Part shown: piece by piece, positions 44,444-54,710 of the stretch | Layout of the letters: every line of letters starts with the position of its first letter | Position numbering within the stretch: position 1 is the first letter of the stretch | Assembly: GCA_963827655.1 (NCBI GenBank) | Contig: CAWHCF010000022.1 | Span: 288,001 to 352,000 of the forward strand | Direction of reading: 5' to 3' | DNA from: an uncultured Acidobacteriota bacterium | GTDB taxonomy: Bacteria > Acidobacteriota > UBA6911 | DNA length: 64,000 bases | Notes under the pieces: model-generated | The model's database searches: none | What the model was told of the DNA's origin: nothing | The model's input: only the letters and a program-made list of their open reading frames with translations | Position numbers and translations under genes: made by a program

Positions 44444-44856
44444 TCCTCTACTTGGACACCAGCAGTCTCATTCTAAGAGTTGAACCAGGTTCCGAAATTG
44501 TCCGCCGTCTTCTTGGCCAGGCATCTATCGTATCAACGTCGGTTATCGCATACCCTGAATCTCGCGCGGCGCTAGGCCGTCTCCGACGCGAGGGTACTCT
44601 GACACTGCTCGATCACGAACGATCAAAGCGCGCTCTCGAGAACGACTGGACTCGACTCCTCGCCCTCAATGTAACGGAAAGAGTTTACCGTCGCGCCGGG
44701 GACCTTGCGGAGAAACATGGACTCAGGGGTTTCGATAGCCTTCACTTGGCTTCATACCTCGGATTGATTGGCCAGAGCGAAGGTCAGCCCGTTCGCTTCT
44801 CATCCTTCGACGACTCTCTCAATCGTGCCGCCCGCAGAGAAACCCCTCGAACATAG
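44440..44856 (+). CDS. vapC: VapC/PIN domain toxin
   Basis: ILYLDTSSL, LRGFDSLHLAS, FSSFD; ATGA overlap with the antitoxin. Confidence 0.88.
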   Translation: MILYLDTSSLILRVEPGSEIVRRLLGQASIVSTSVIAYPESRAALGRLRREGTLTLLDHERSKRALENDWTRLLALNVTERVYRRAGDLAEKHGLRGFDSLHLASYLGLIGQSEGQPVRFSSFDDSLNRAARRETPRT

Positions 44857-44899
44857 ACTCAAATTTGACAGTTCACATTAGTCTGCGCCAGCAGTCTCG

Positions 44900-45103
44900 A
44901 GATGCCGGTATTTCCCTCGGTATCCCTGCCAGTCAGGCGTCGGCGAAGACTCGGAAAACAGCAGGGCGAGCGCAGTCGGGGGCGGATCGAAATCGATAAC
45001 CTTACTTCGTTTTCTCAGCGTCTCCGCGGATGGGCGATGGATGCTATACACGCACCTCGATAGCGAGGAAAGCGACCTCATGCTGGTGGAGAACTTCCGT
45101 TAG
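44900..45103 (+). pseudogene. Orphan C-terminal fragment of a TolB/PD40 propeller protein
   Basis: [33 protein letters not shown], typical terminus of acidobacterial PD40 proteins; no upstream body; start approximate. Confidence 0.6.
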
Positions 45104-47250
45104 CCGGCGTCGGCCGCGGCCGTGGCGCTCTTCGCCTTGTCGAAGTCCGCGAAGGTCTTTCCCTGTTCGGCCAGCTGCTTCAACAGCGGGGCGGGTTGCC
45201 ACAGGTCTCCGTGTTGGCGCCGGAAATCAGAGATCCGTTCGTAAACCTTATCCAACCCGACCGTGTCCGCATACCACATCGGACCGCCACGATAAACCGG
45301 AAAGCCATAACCGTTGAGATAGATGATATCGATGTCGACGGCCCGAAGCGCGAAGCCTTCTTCCAGGATTCTGGCTCCCTCATTCACCAGAGCGTAGATG
45401 GTCCGCTCAATAATCTCTTCCGGCGCAATAGTCCGTCTCTCGATGCCGGCCGCTCTCGAGCACTCCTCAATGATTTCTTCGACTTCGGGATCCGAGGTTC
45501 GCGTGCGGTCGTTCGGGTTATAGCGGTACCAACCCGCCCCGGTCTTCTGGCCAAAGCGGCGCAATTCGCACAGGCGATCCGCTACCAGGGGGCGGCGCCG
45601 GCCGGGCGTCTCGAGATGCCGGTATTCCTGTCTTATTCGCCAACCGACGTCGAGTCCTGACAAATCACCGGTCGCCAGCGGACCCATGGCCATGCCGAAG
45701 TGGTAGAGCACGCCATCGACTTCTTCCACGCTGGCCCCCTCTTCGACCAGGAACTGGGCCTCGCGCTGATAATAATGGTACATTCGATTGCCGACGAAAC
45801 CGCGACAGTTGCCGACCAGAACGCCGATCTTGCCCAATCTCCTTGCCAGAGCCATCGATGAGGCAATGACGTCATTCGCGCTCGCCTTTCCGCGCACAAC
45901 TTCTATCAGGCGCATCACGTTCGCCGGAGCAAAGAAATGATGGCCGATCACCCGCTCCGGGTGTTGGGTCGCAGAAGCGATCTGGTCGATATCCAGCGTC
46001 GAAGTGTTGGAGGCTAGAATCACCTCGGGCTTGCAAACCTGGTCCAATTCGGAGAAGACCTGTTTCTTTACCTCCATTCCCTCGAAGACTGCTTCGACCG
46101 CAATGTCCACCTCGCCGAACTCGTCGTAACTCAGGGTTGGATGAATCAGAGCCATCCGCTTGTCCACCATCTGCGGAGTGAAGCGTCCTCTCCTGACCGA
46201 AGTATCGTAGTTCCTCCGGATGTTTGAGATTCCGCGGTCAAGAAATTCCTTGGAGACTTCCTTGAGGACCACCGGAATTCCAGCATTGGCGTAGACCATC
46301 GCGATGCCGCCTCCCATGGTTCCAGCCCCGACAACCGCGGCCTTTCTAACTTCCAGGACAGGAGTCTTCTTGGGGAGACCGGGAATCTTCGCAACCTCAC
46401 GCTCGCCAAAGAAGACATGAATCATCGCCTTGGATTGGCCCGAGTAGAGGCATTCTTGAAAGAGCTCTGCCTCTCGCTTACAACCCTCTTCAAAGGAAAG
46501 CCTGGTGGCGGCTTCGACCGCATCGATCGCCTTGTGGGGGGCCATCATGCCGCGGGCTTTTCTGGCCGCCAGTTCACGGGCCGCGCCGAACAGGGCGGCG
46601 TTCCCCTTCTGGTCGCCGAGTTTCTCATTGCGGTCGCGCGTCTTTCGCGGACGCTCACCCCGGGCGAGGAGGTCTCGCGCAAAAACCAACGCCCCTGCCA
46701 GGAGGTCCCCTTCGATGATCTTGTCCACGATGCCGGCCTCGAGCGCTTGTGGGGCACCCACCGGATCTCCCAGAGCGCACATCTCCAGCGCTTTGGCCAC
46801 ACCGGCGAGCCGCGGCAGCCTCTGGGTTCCAGCCGCGCCGGGAATGATTCCGAGCTTTACTTCCGGCTGCCCGACCTGAGCCGTCGGTACGGCTACGCGA
46901 TAGTGGCAGGCCATCGCCACTTCAAGTCCGCCCCCGAAGGCAGTTCCGTGAATCGCGCACACCACTGGCTTGGGGCAGTCCTCTATTTTGAGCAACAGTG
47001 GCAGCAAACCGGGACCACGACTCTTTTCGCCCGACGTGATCTTGCCAAACTCTCGGATGTCCGCCCCCGCGATGAATGTCCGTCCGCTGCCGATCAGAAC
47101 AATGGCTTTGATCGCGGCGTCGGATTGCGCAGCGTCAATCGAACTGCCGATGCCTTCAGGCACGCCGGGGCTCAGCGCATTAACCGGGGGGTTATTGATA
47201 GTAATGATGCCGATGTCGCCATCTCTGGTCAGCGATACCAGTTCGCTCAT
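45100..47250 (-). CDS. Enoyl-CoA hydratase / 3-hydroxyacyl-CoA dehydrogenase (FadB-like)
   Basis: [56 protein letters not shown]. Confidence 0.95.
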   Translation of the reverse strand: MSELVSLTRDGDIGIITINNPPVNALSPGVPEGIGSSIDAAQSDAAIKAIVLIGSGRTFIAGADIREFGKITSGEKSRGPGLLPLLLKIEDCPKPVVCAIHGTAFGGGLEVAMACHYRVAVPTAQVGQPEVKLGIIPGAAGTQRLPRLAGVAKALEMCALGDPVGAPQALEAGIVDKIIEGDLLAGALVFARDLLARGERPRKTRDRNEKLGDQKGNAALFGAARELAARKARGMMAPHKAIDAVEAATRLSFEEGCKREAELFQECLYSGQSKAMIHVFFGEREVAKIPGLPKKTPVLEVRKAAVVGAGTMGGGIAMVYANAGIPVVLKEVSKEFLDRGISNIRRNYDTSVRRGRFTPQMVDKRMALIHPTLSYDEFGEVDIAVEAVFEGMEVKKQVFSELDQVCKPEVILASNTSTLDIDQIASATQHPERVIGHHFFAPANVMRLIEVVRGKASANDVIASSMALARRLGKIGVLVGNCRGFVGNRMYHYYQREAQFLVEEGASVEEVDGVLYHFGMAMGPLATGDLSGLDVGWRIRQEYRHLETPGRRRPLVADRLCELRRFGQKTGAGWYRYNPNDRTRTSDPEVEEIIEECSRAAGIERRTIAPEEIIERTIYALVNEGARILEEGFALRAVDIDIIYLNGYGFPVYRGGPMWYADTVGLDKVYERISDFRRQHGDLWQPAPLLKQLAEQGKTFADFDKAKSATAAADAG

Positions 47251-47279
47251 TTTTAGCCACTCCGCTTATGGAAACTTAT

Positions 47280-47308
47280 TAACCACCAAGACACGAAGAC
47301 ACAAGAAA
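47280..47308 (+). repeat. 3x9-bp dispersed repeat, near-consensus copy
   Basis: taaccaccaagacacgaagacacaagaaa between the SDR and fadB-like genes. Confidence 0.85.
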
Positions 47309-47318
47309 CACCATCACG

Positions 47319-48089
47319 TCAGACGATCGTCATGCCTCCATCGACCACCAGGGTCTGGCCCGTGATGTAGTTCGATGCTTCGGATGCCAGAAATACCGCG
47401 ACGCCTTTCAACTCTCCTTTGCGTCCCACCCTTCCCATCGGGATCTGCGCCTCGAGCGAGCTCTGCTCTTCCTGCAGCACTTTTTCAGTCATGCGCGATG
47501 GGAAAAAGCCCGGCGCAATGCCGTTCACGCGAATGTTGTATTGGGCCCATTTCGCCGCCAGCTCGCGCGTCAGCGCGATCAGGCCTCCTTTGGCCGCTAC
47601 ATAGCCCGTGATGTGATGCATTCCCGCGGGAAAGCTGCCGACAAGACCCGCGATCGAGGCGATGTTGATGATGCGGCCGTACTTTCGCCGGATCATTTCG
47701 CGTCCAGCGGCCTGGCTGAACAGGAACGCGCCGGTAAGGTTGATGTCGATTACCATGCGCCATTTTTCCAGGGGCATCTCCTCGGCAGGCGCGCCCCAGG
47801 TGACTCCTGCATTATTGACCAGTATGTCGATCTGCCCGTAGATATCCCGTGTCCTGGCGATCATCGCCTGCACGGCTTCGGGATCTGAAACATCGCAGAT
47901 CGAGCCTTCGCACCGAAAGCCGCGTTGCTTCAAGTCTTCCACCGCCGGCCCCAGCCATTGCTCGCGCCGAGCCAGAATCATCAGCGAAGCGCCCGCTTCA
48001 GCCAATCCTTCCGCAATCTCGAGTCCCAGGCCGCGAGAACCGCCGGTCACGAGCGCGACTTTACCACTCAGGTCGAAAAGCTTGTTCAT
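47319..48089 (-). CDS. SDR family oxidoreductase
   Basis: TGGSRGLG, NNAG, YVAAK, IAPGFFP. Confidence 0.93.
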   Translation of the reverse strand: MNKLFDLSGKVALVTGGSRGLGLEIAEGLAEAGASLMILARREQWLGPAVEDLKQRGFRCEGSICDVSDPEAVQAMIARTRDIYGQIDILVNNAGVTWGAPAEEMPLEKWRMVIDINLTGAFLFSQAAGREMIRRKYGRIINIASIAGLVGSFPAGMHHITGYVAAKGGLIALTRELAAKWAQYNIRVNGIAPGFFPSRMTEKVLQEEQSSLEAQIPMGRVGRKGELKGVAVFLASEASNYITGQTLVVDGGMTIV

Positions 48090-48092
48090 TTC

Positions 48093-48199
48093 GATTGACG
48101 ATTTACGATTGACGATTGACGATTGTAACTTAGCTCTTAACCGTGGGGCTATTTCGAAATGGTAACAATCGTCAATCGTAAATCGTCAATCGTCAATCG
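48093..48199. repeat. Inverted (GATTGAC)n array in a divergent promoter region
   Basis: Arms at 48093-48125 and 48166-48199 with about 40-bp spacer; the arms sit next to both start codons. Confidence 0.9.
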
Positions 48200-48211
48200 A
48201 ACGGAGAAACC

Positions 48212-51200
48212 ATGCGACGAGGCTATGGGCTTTGGATTCTACTCATCTCGGCTGCCACGATCACAGGCTTTTCACTTGGTCCCCAGGGGCAACAGGCAGC
48301 CCGACAGGAGCCGGCGAAGATGCCCGAGGCGATCTCGTTCCGGATTCTGCTGGGCATAGGTGACAAGGAACCCACGGTCTGGGACGGCAAGATTCAGGCC
48401 GCCTCGGGCAGAGTATTGGCCATTCGAGGCTGGCGTCTGGCCGAGAACGACGCCGCACAAGGCGCCGCCTGGAAGATCTCCACTCGCAGAGGGCTGCCTC
48501 CAGTGGGTGCGCAAAATCGCGGCTTGCCCGGGGCCATGCTCGAGAACGGCGTTATCGTGACCGCCGTCCCTGATGGTCCGTCTGCCGGGTTTTCGGTTGA
48601 GACGCCGCAGGGAAAGTTCTCCTTCACGCCCCAGGAGGTATCCTACGGGGAGCCAAAATCATTTCTGGACGGCAGAGTACAGGTCGATCGAGTCCCGAAC
48701 AGCGTGCAGCTGACCAGTTCGGCGGAGGAACAGGACTTCCCGGCCGCGGCACAAACGGAGACCGACGTTTACCTTGCCTATGTAGAATTCGTACACGGCG
48801 ACCGCTCGCAGACTGTTCAAGGACAGTTTCCCTCGGAGCCGAAGGACTTTACTTTTCTCGCGCGTCCGGCCGGAGGGGACCAGGTCATGATGATGCGTTA
48901 CTCAAAAGCCCAACGGACCTGGGATCCGCCCGTGCCGGTTTCGGCGCCGAAGCAGGATGTCCTGCGCGCGGCCGTCGCGGTCGATGGCCAAAAACGGGTC
49001 TGGGTCATCTGGTCGGCAAACAAGGACGGCAACTTCGACCTCTACGCGAGAGCTTACTCCGGCGGTGCATGGTCCTCCGAGTTGCGCCTGACCTCCGATC
49101 CGGGCACCGACATTAACCCGGTGGCGGCGGCGGATGCCAAAGGACGGGTCTGGGTCGCCTGGCAGGCATTTCGCCTCAACAACCTGGAGATCCTCGCAGC
49201 GGCTCAGAACGGCGATGGCTTCACGAAGGAAACCCTGGTCTCGACCTCGCGGAGCAGCGATTGGGATCCCGCCATCGCTTCCGCTCCCAACGGAGACGTG
49301 GCGGTGTCCTGGGACACGTACGACAAAGGGGACTACGATGTGTATTTTCGCAGATTCCGCTGGGACCAGGATCTCCAGATGGATGCGCCCGTGGCCGTGG
49401 CCGCCAGCCAGAATTTCGAGGCTCGAAGTTCGCTGGCCTACGATCCTCAAAACCGGCTCTGGGTCGCTTACGAGGCGTCGGATACAAAGTGGGGAAAGGA
49501 TTTTGGAGCCTACGAAACCACCGGCATTGCGCTCTATCAGGGACACAATGTGCAGCTGAAATGCTTCCAGGGCGCGCGCGTCCTGACCACGCCCGCCGCG
49601 CTCGTCGAGGCTCTCCCCGGCCCGCCGGGAGCGCAGAACCTGGGCCGACGCCGGAGCCAAACTCAAAGCGCCGGCCAGGGGAGCGATGCGAGCAGCGCTA
49701 GCGCGAATCAACCAAACGCTGCGCTGGCCTCAAACCGAAGGCCGAGCGCGACGCCGCAGCCGCCCCCTCTGCCGCTCAACAGCTTCCCCCGGCTTGCCGT
49801 AGATTCAAAGGGGATGGTTTACCTGGCCTTCCGCACGTTCGCGGGCGGCGCCCGCACTCCGATCGGCTTTCCCTGGATCGAGAACGTCGTCTATTTCGAC
49901 GGCGCCGAGTGGCGAGGCCCGGCTCTCGTGCCGCAGAGCGATGGATTGCTCGATAGCCGTCCGGCCGTGCTGTCGCCGGCTGCAGGGACTCTGTTGCTCG
50001 TCGCCGCCACAGACTACCGCCGGTCGCCCCTGGCGGGAAGCGCAGGGCGCGCCGGCGAAGCGATCAATACCGATCTCTATGCCGCCGAGATGAGGGTCGA
50101 TGCCAGTCTGCGGACCTCCGAGTTGAAGGCTTTGCCGGCCGAAACGGCCGCGGCGCCGCATCCCGAAGTCAAGCCGGAGCTGGATCAGGTCGCCCGGCTG
50201 CGCAATCACCGCCTGCAGCTTGGGAAGGAGAAGCTGCAGTTGCTGCGCGGCGAATTCCATCGTCACACCGAGATGTCGGGCGACGGCGGCCGCGACGGTC
50301 CGCTGATCGATGCTTATCGCTACATGATCGACGCCGCCTACATGGATTGGGTCGGTTGCTGCGACCATGATAACGGCGGCGGCAGGGAATACTACTGGTG
50401 GACCCAGCAGAAGCTCACCGACGCCTACAAGCTGGGCCAGCAGTTTATCCCGATGTTCAGCTACGAACGAAGCGTGCGCTACCCGGAGGGACATCGTAAC
50501 GTGGTCATGGCTCGCCGCGGAATTCGCCCGCTCCCAAGGCTACCCAAGGTGCCGGACGACGCCCCCTCCGCGCCGGCGCCCGACACGCAAATGCTCTACC
50601 GTTACCTGCGCGAGTTCGGCGGCATTGCCGCGGTTCACACCTCGGCCACCGATATGGGGACCGATTGGCGCGACAACGACCCGATCGTCGAGCCCGTGGT
50701 CGAGATCTACCAGGGAGACCGGCAAAACTACGAGATGCCCGAGGGACCACGCTCCAATAATTCTCAAGATTCGATTGGCGGCTGGCGCCCTCTCGGCTTC
50801 GTTTCTCTGGCGCTGCAGAAGGGATACAAGATAGGCTTCCAGGCCTCGAGCGACCATATCTCCACCCATATGTCGTACTGTAACCTCTGGGTCACGGCTC
50901 CCACCAGGGAGGCCATCATGGACGCGTTTCGCAAGCGCCGGGTTTATGGAGCCACCGAAAACATCCTGGCCGATGTTCGCTGCGGAGAGCACTTCATGGG
51001 CGAGGAGTTCTCGACCAGCGCGCCTCCCGCCATCTCAGTCAAACTGGCCGGCACTGCGAATTTTGCCAAGGTCCACATCGTGAAAGACAACCAGTATGTT
51101 TACTCCACCGAGCCCGGCACGAAGACGGTCGATTTCGTGTGGAAAGACGCCGCCGCCGAGAAGGGCAAGACCAGCTTCTACTACGTCCGGGGCGAGCAGA

Positions 51201-51250
51201 CCGACGGCGAGCTGGTCTGGGTAAGCCCGATGTGGATCACCTACCGATAA
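48212..51250 (+). CDS. Secreted beta-propeller + PHP-like (DUF3604-like) metallohydrolase, paralog 3 (intact, 1012 aa)
   Basis: Same architecture and motifs as 40963-43995: GEFHRHTEMSGD, CCDHDN, GHRN, AVHTS, ASSDH, WVSPMWITYR. Confidence 0.88.
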   Translation: MRRGYGLWILLISAATITGFSLGPQGQQAARQEPAKMPEAISFRILLGIGDKEPTVWDGKIQAASGRVLAIRGWRLAENDAAQGAAWKISTRRGLPPVGAQNRGLPGAMLENGVIVTAVPDGPSAGFSVETPQGKFSFTPQEVSYGEPKSFLDGRVQVDRVPNSVQLTSSAEEQDFPAAAQTETDVYLAYVEFVHGDRSQTVQGQFPSEPKDFTFLARPAGGDQVMMMRYSKAQRTWDPPVPVSAPKQDVLRAAVAVDGQKRVWVIWSANKDGNFDLYARAYSGGAWSSELRLTSDPGTDINPVAAADAKGRVWVAWQAFRLNNLEILAAAQNGDGFTKETLVSTSRSSDWDPAIASAPNGDVAVSWDTYDKGDYDVYFRRFRWDQDLQMDAPVAVAASQNFEARSSLAYDPQNRLWVAYEASDTKWGKDFGAYETTGIALYQGHNVQLKCFQGARVLTTPAALVEALPGPPGAQNLGRRRSQTQSAGQGSDASSASANQPNAALASNRRPSATPQPPPLPLNSFPRLAVDSKGMVYLAFRTFAGGARTPIGFPWIENVVYFDGAEWRGPALVPQSDGLLDSRPAVLSPAAGTLLLVAATDYRRSPLAGSAGRAGEAINTDLYAAEMRVDASLRTSELKALPAETAAAPHPEVKPELDQVARLRNHRLQLGKEKLQLLRGEFHRHTEMSGDGGRDGPLIDAYRYMIDAAYMDWVGCCDHDNGGGREYYWWTQQKLTDAYKLGQQFIPMFSYERSVRYPEGHRNVVMARRGIRPLPRLPKVPDDAPSAPAPDTQMLYRYLREFGGIAAVHTSATDMGTDWRDNDPIVEPVVEIYQGDRQNYEMPEGPRSNNSQDSIGGWRPLGFVSLALQKGYKIGFQASSDHISTHMSYCNLWVTAPTREAIMDAFRKRRVYGATENILADVRCGEHFMGEEFSTSAPPAISVKLAGTANFAKVHIVKDNQYVYSTEPGTKTVDFVWKDAAAEKGKTSFYYVRGEQTDGELVWVSPMWITYR

Positions 51251-51280
51251 CCGCGAAGACGCAAAGACGCTAAAAAAACC

Positions 51281-51318
51281 TTGACTTATTCTTCGGTAAT
51301 TCTATTATTGTGGAATTA
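51281..51318 (+). promoter_or_regulatory. Sigma70-like promoter with overlapping ArsR operator
   Basis: TTGACT-N16-TATTAT; inverted repeat taattc(51297-51302)/gaatta(51313-51318); no RBS before the ATG at 51318. Confidence 0.6.
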
Positions 51319-51666
51319 TGAAAAGACAGCCTTCTCAGGAAGAGGTGGCGCGATTTGCCGACATGCTTTCGGCTATGGGGACCGAGCCCCGGCTGCGCAT
51401 CATGCGGCTCTTGCTCTCGGCCCATCCCGACGGGATGGTTGTGGGCGACGTTCAGGCTGAACTCGGAATTCCCCGCCTCTACCCTTTCGCATCACCTGGA
51501 GAAGCTGAAACACGAAGGCCTGGTCACCGTTCGTCGGGAGCGCCAGTTCCTCTGGTACGCCGCCAGCACGGAAGCCCTGGAGGAGCTCCTGTCGTTTCTC
51601 TTCGCGGAATGCTGCTCGCGCAGCAAGGCCGTCAAGGCGGAGAACATCGTGCAGCTATCGAGATGA
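51318..51666 (+). CDS. arsR: ArsR/SmtB transcriptional repressor (frameshift near 51470)
   Basis: AMGTEPRLRIMRLLLSAHPDG.VVG / ASTLSHHLEKL..FLFAECC (C-terminal vicinal Cys). Confidence 0.9.
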
Positions 51667-51693
51667 CCGGTCTTTTCGAGAACGGAGAACCAA

Positions 51694-52506
51694 ATGAGTC
51701 AAGACATCAAAGAAGTCGTGAGAGAGAAATACGGACAGATCGCGTCACAGGTTTCAACCGGTGGCGGCTCTTGCTGCGGAGCGCCGACCGCTTCGAGCCG
51801 GGAGTGCGACCCGATTACTGGCAACCTTTATCAACCAACGGAAACCGCCGATATCCCGACCGACGCAGTCACAGCCTCGCTGGGCTGCGGCAATCCGACG
51901 GCACTGGCGGAACTGCGTCCTGGCGAGACGGTCCTGGATCTCGGATCGGGGGGCGGCATTGATGTGTTGTTATCGGCCAAGCGAGTCGGGCCAACCGGAA
52001 AAGTCTATGGGCTCGACATGACCGACGAAATGCTGGCATTGGCGCGCGCCAACCAGCAAAAATCGGGCATCGCCAACGTGGATTTTCTAAAGGGGGAAAT
52101 CGAAAACATTCCTCTTCCCGACAATTCCGTCGATGTCATCATCTCCAACTGCGTGATCAACCTTTCGGCCGACAAGGATCGGGTCATGGCTGAGGCCTTC
52201 CGGGTTCTGCGGCCAGGCGGGCGGTTTGCTGTCTCCGACGTGGTCGTGCGGGGCGAAGTACCGGCCGAGATTCGCCGCAATGTTGAACTGTGGATTGGCT
52301 GCGTGGCAGGCGCTCTGCAGGAACACGAGTACATTTCCAAGTTGGAGCAGGCCGGTTTCACCGATGTGGAGGTCGAACCGACCCGGGTATACCGGATGGA
52401 AGACGCCCGGGAGTTTCTAGCCGAGGCCGGTCCGAATATCGCCGAGTTGGCTCCGCTGGCGGACGAAAAGTTCATGAGCGCCTTCGTCCGGGCTCGCAAG
52501 CCCTAG
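51694..52506 (+). CDS. arsM: Arsenite S-adenosylmethionine methyltransferase
   Basis: [35 protein letters not shown]; downstream of arsR. Confidence 0.94.
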   Translation: MSQDIKEVVREKYGQIASQVSTGGGSCCGAPTASSRECDPITGNLYQPTETADIPTDAVTASLGCGNPTALAELRPGETVLDLGSGGGIDVLLSAKRVGPTGKVYGLDMTDEMLALARANQQKSGIANVDFLKGEIENIPLPDNSVDVIISNCVINLSADKDRVMAEAFRVLRPGGRFAVSDVVVRGEVPAEIRRNVELWIGCVAGALQEHEYISKLEQAGFTDVEVEPTRVYRMEDAREFLAEAGPNIAELAPLADEKFMSAFVRARKP

Positions 52507-52533
52507 CGTCCTGGCGTCTTCGCGGTGGATTGT

Positions 52534-53736
52534 CTACTGGTAGCGACTCAGTTCCAGCTTGGCGATCGCCTCGCGGTGCACCTCGTCCGGACCATCGGCC
52601 AGACGAAGCGTGCGCGCTCCGGCCCACGCCGCAGCCAGTCCGAAGTCCTCGCACACGCCTCCGCCGCCGTGAGCCTGAATGGCTCGGTCGATGACGCGCA
52701 GCGCCATGCTGGGCGCAATCACTTTGATCATGGCAATCTCGGCGCGGGCCTCCTTGTTGCCGACCGTGTCCATCATGTAGGCCGCCTTCAGAGTAAGGAG
52801 GCGCGCCTGCTCGATCTCGATTCTGGATTCGGCGATATCCGACCGGATTGTACCCTGCTCGGCGATCGGCTTCCCGAACGCAACTCGCGATTTCACGCGC
52901 CTGCACATCGCCTCCAGCGCCCGTTCGGCCAGGCCGACCAGCCGCATGCAGTGATGAATCCGTCCCGGTCCGAGGCGCCCCTGGGCGATTTCGAAGCCTC
53001 GTCCCTCACCCAGGAGAATGTTGGAAGCCGGCACGCGCACGTTTTCAAAGATAACCTCTCCGTGACCGTGCGGCGCGTGGTCGTAGCCGAATACCGTAAG
53101 CAAGCGCTTTACCCTCACTCCCGGCGAATCCATCGGCACCAGAATCATCGACTGCTGCTTGTGGCGGGGCGCCGTCGGGTCGGTCTTGCCCATGAAAATA
53201 GCAATCTTGCAGCGCGGATCACCCGCGCCGGAGCTCCACCATTTATGACCGTTGATCACGTAGGCGTCGCCATCCCGCTGGATTCTGGATTGTATGTTGG
53301 TCGCATCGGAGGAAGCGACATTCGGCTCGGTCATGGCGAAGCAGGAGCGGATCTCGCCGGCTAGCAGCGGCTTGAGCCATTTTTCTTTCTGTTCCTGACT
53401 CCCGTAGCGAACCAGCACTTCCATGTTGCCGGTGTCGGGCGCCGAGCAGTTGAACACTTCCGGCGCCATGAGGGAGCGCCCCATGATCTCGCACAGCGGC
53501 GCATACTCGATGTTCGCGAGGCCGGCGCCATATTCGCTTTCCGGCAGGAACAGGTTCCACAGCCCGCTCGTTTTTGCCTTCTTTTTAAGCTCCTCCACGA
53601 CCCCTGTCGGTTGCCAGCGATTATCGTCTTGAATCTCGGCGTGGTACCTCTTCTCGTTAGGGTAAATGTACTCATCCATGAATGCGGAGACGCGCTTCTG
53701 GAGATCCTTCACCTTTTCGGAGTGTTCGAAGTGCAT
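52534..53736 (-). CDS. Acyl-CoA dehydrogenase
   Basis: [50 protein letters not shown]. Confidence 0.95.
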   Translation of the reverse strand: MHFEHSEKVKDLQKRVSAFMDEYIYPNEKRYHAEIQDDNRWQPTGVVEELKKKAKTSGLWNLFLPESEYGAGLANIEYAPLCEIMGRSLMAPEVFNCSAPDTGNMEVLVRYGSQEQKEKWLKPLLAGEIRSCFAMTEPNVASSDATNIQSRIQRDGDAYVINGHKWWSSGAGDPRCKIAIFMGKTDPTAPRHKQQSMILVPMDSPGVRVKRLLTVFGYDHAPHGHGEVIFENVRVPASNILLGEGRGFEIAQGRLGPGRIHHCMRLVGLAERALEAMCRRVKSRVAFGKPIAEQGTIRSDIAESRIEIEQARLLTLKAAYMMDTVGNKEARAEIAMIKVIAPSMALRVIDRAIQAHGGGGVCEDFGLAAAWAGARTLRLADGPDEVHREAIAKLELSRYQ

Positions 53737-53985
53737 ACCGGTAGTTTCCTTTCAGTAATTAGCGAATTTAGCCCGACAGGAAACCCTGCGGCAACGGCAA
53801 AGTCGTTGGTAGAGAGTCTTGGATACTTCGCGCTCAAAAGAGCGGAGTTCCAGATTTCCAGCGATCTCGAAATGATCAATGACAAATCGACTGGGGCGGC
53901 TTGCCCCGGATTTGTTCATCTCTCATTAGTCTCTCATTGCCAATCTGACTGTTTTGCTCAGGCAGGAAGGCGAAGGCAGGCGGCG

Positions 53986-54327
53986 CTATAGCTTGAGGAG
54001 ATCTCTCAGCTTGCTCGCGACCGTGTTCCGCGTGGATGTATTGATACTTCCAAGGTATCGCGCCAGGCTTGAACAATGGATTGTTGCCATTTTATGGATG
54101 CGCAAAGTTGATAGCGTCTTGAGATTCGTGGAGCGGAACTCCGGTTTGCTCGGGTCCAAGAGCACATCGGAAGGAAGAACTTGTGTTGGGATTACCGACG
54201 AGATGTATGCTACCAAAACCTCTGGGACTGATCCGAGTGTTCCGGTAAGCAACAACACTGGACGCAGCTTCATTCCCGGAACGTCCCCGAAAGGAAACAG
54301 GGCTAGATAGATCTCACCGTGGACCAT
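53986..54327 (-). CDS. PemK/MazF family toxin
   Basis: GEIYLALFPFGD..KLRPVLLL..VAYISS..NLKTLSTLRIHKMATI. Confidence 0.85.
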   Translation of the reverse strand: MVHGEIYLALFPFGDVPGMKLRPVLLLTGTLGSVPEVLVAYISSVIPTQVLPSDVLLDPSKPEFRSTNLKTLSTLRIHKMATIHCSSLARYLGSINTSTRNTVASKLRDLLKL

Positions 54328-54562
54328 TCACAGGCTGCCCGTCGTCCAGAGTGTAGATATCCTGCTGCGAATCACTCAATTCAGACGCCCATTCCCTGGC
54401 AACCCCGTGTACCCAGGCGCTGCCCGCTTCGTCCTCGTCCGGTAATAGCACGATCAAGCGCACTCGCCCGACCGGGAGCCCCTCCGGCACTTCGGCATGA
54501 AGGCGGTGTTGTTCATCTATATCGCCTACCAGTTCGATTGCTTTCATCGGTGCCCTGTCCAT
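54314..54562 (-). CDS. Putative antitoxin of the PemK/MazF toxin
   Basis: Small acidic ORF overlapping the toxin start; MKAIELVGDIDEQHRL..VRLIVLLP..DIYTLDDG.P. Confidence 0.7.
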   Translation of the reverse strand: MDRAPMKAIELVGDIDEQHRLHAEVPEGLPVGRVRLIVLLPDEDEAGSAWVHGVAREWASELSDSQQDIYTLDDGQPVNGPR

Positions 54563-54710
54563 TGTACCTTTGAGTGTCTACGTTCTGATGATAGCAAAAT
54601 TCGCCTCTAACCCTCACGAATTTCAGAAACGGCATTAACAGCTTGCCAATGGTCAGCGCATCGCCCGCTCGATCGCAGATTGTGTGGTCCAAGGAGCGGC
54701 GATCAGCGGG

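Noticed and set aside
51664-51693. Other TGA stops (arsR, yajQ, VHPO, FGE, sulfatase, USP) as selenocysteine codons
   Set aside because: They fall at expected family C-termini without a Cys-motif context or a convincing downstream hairpin
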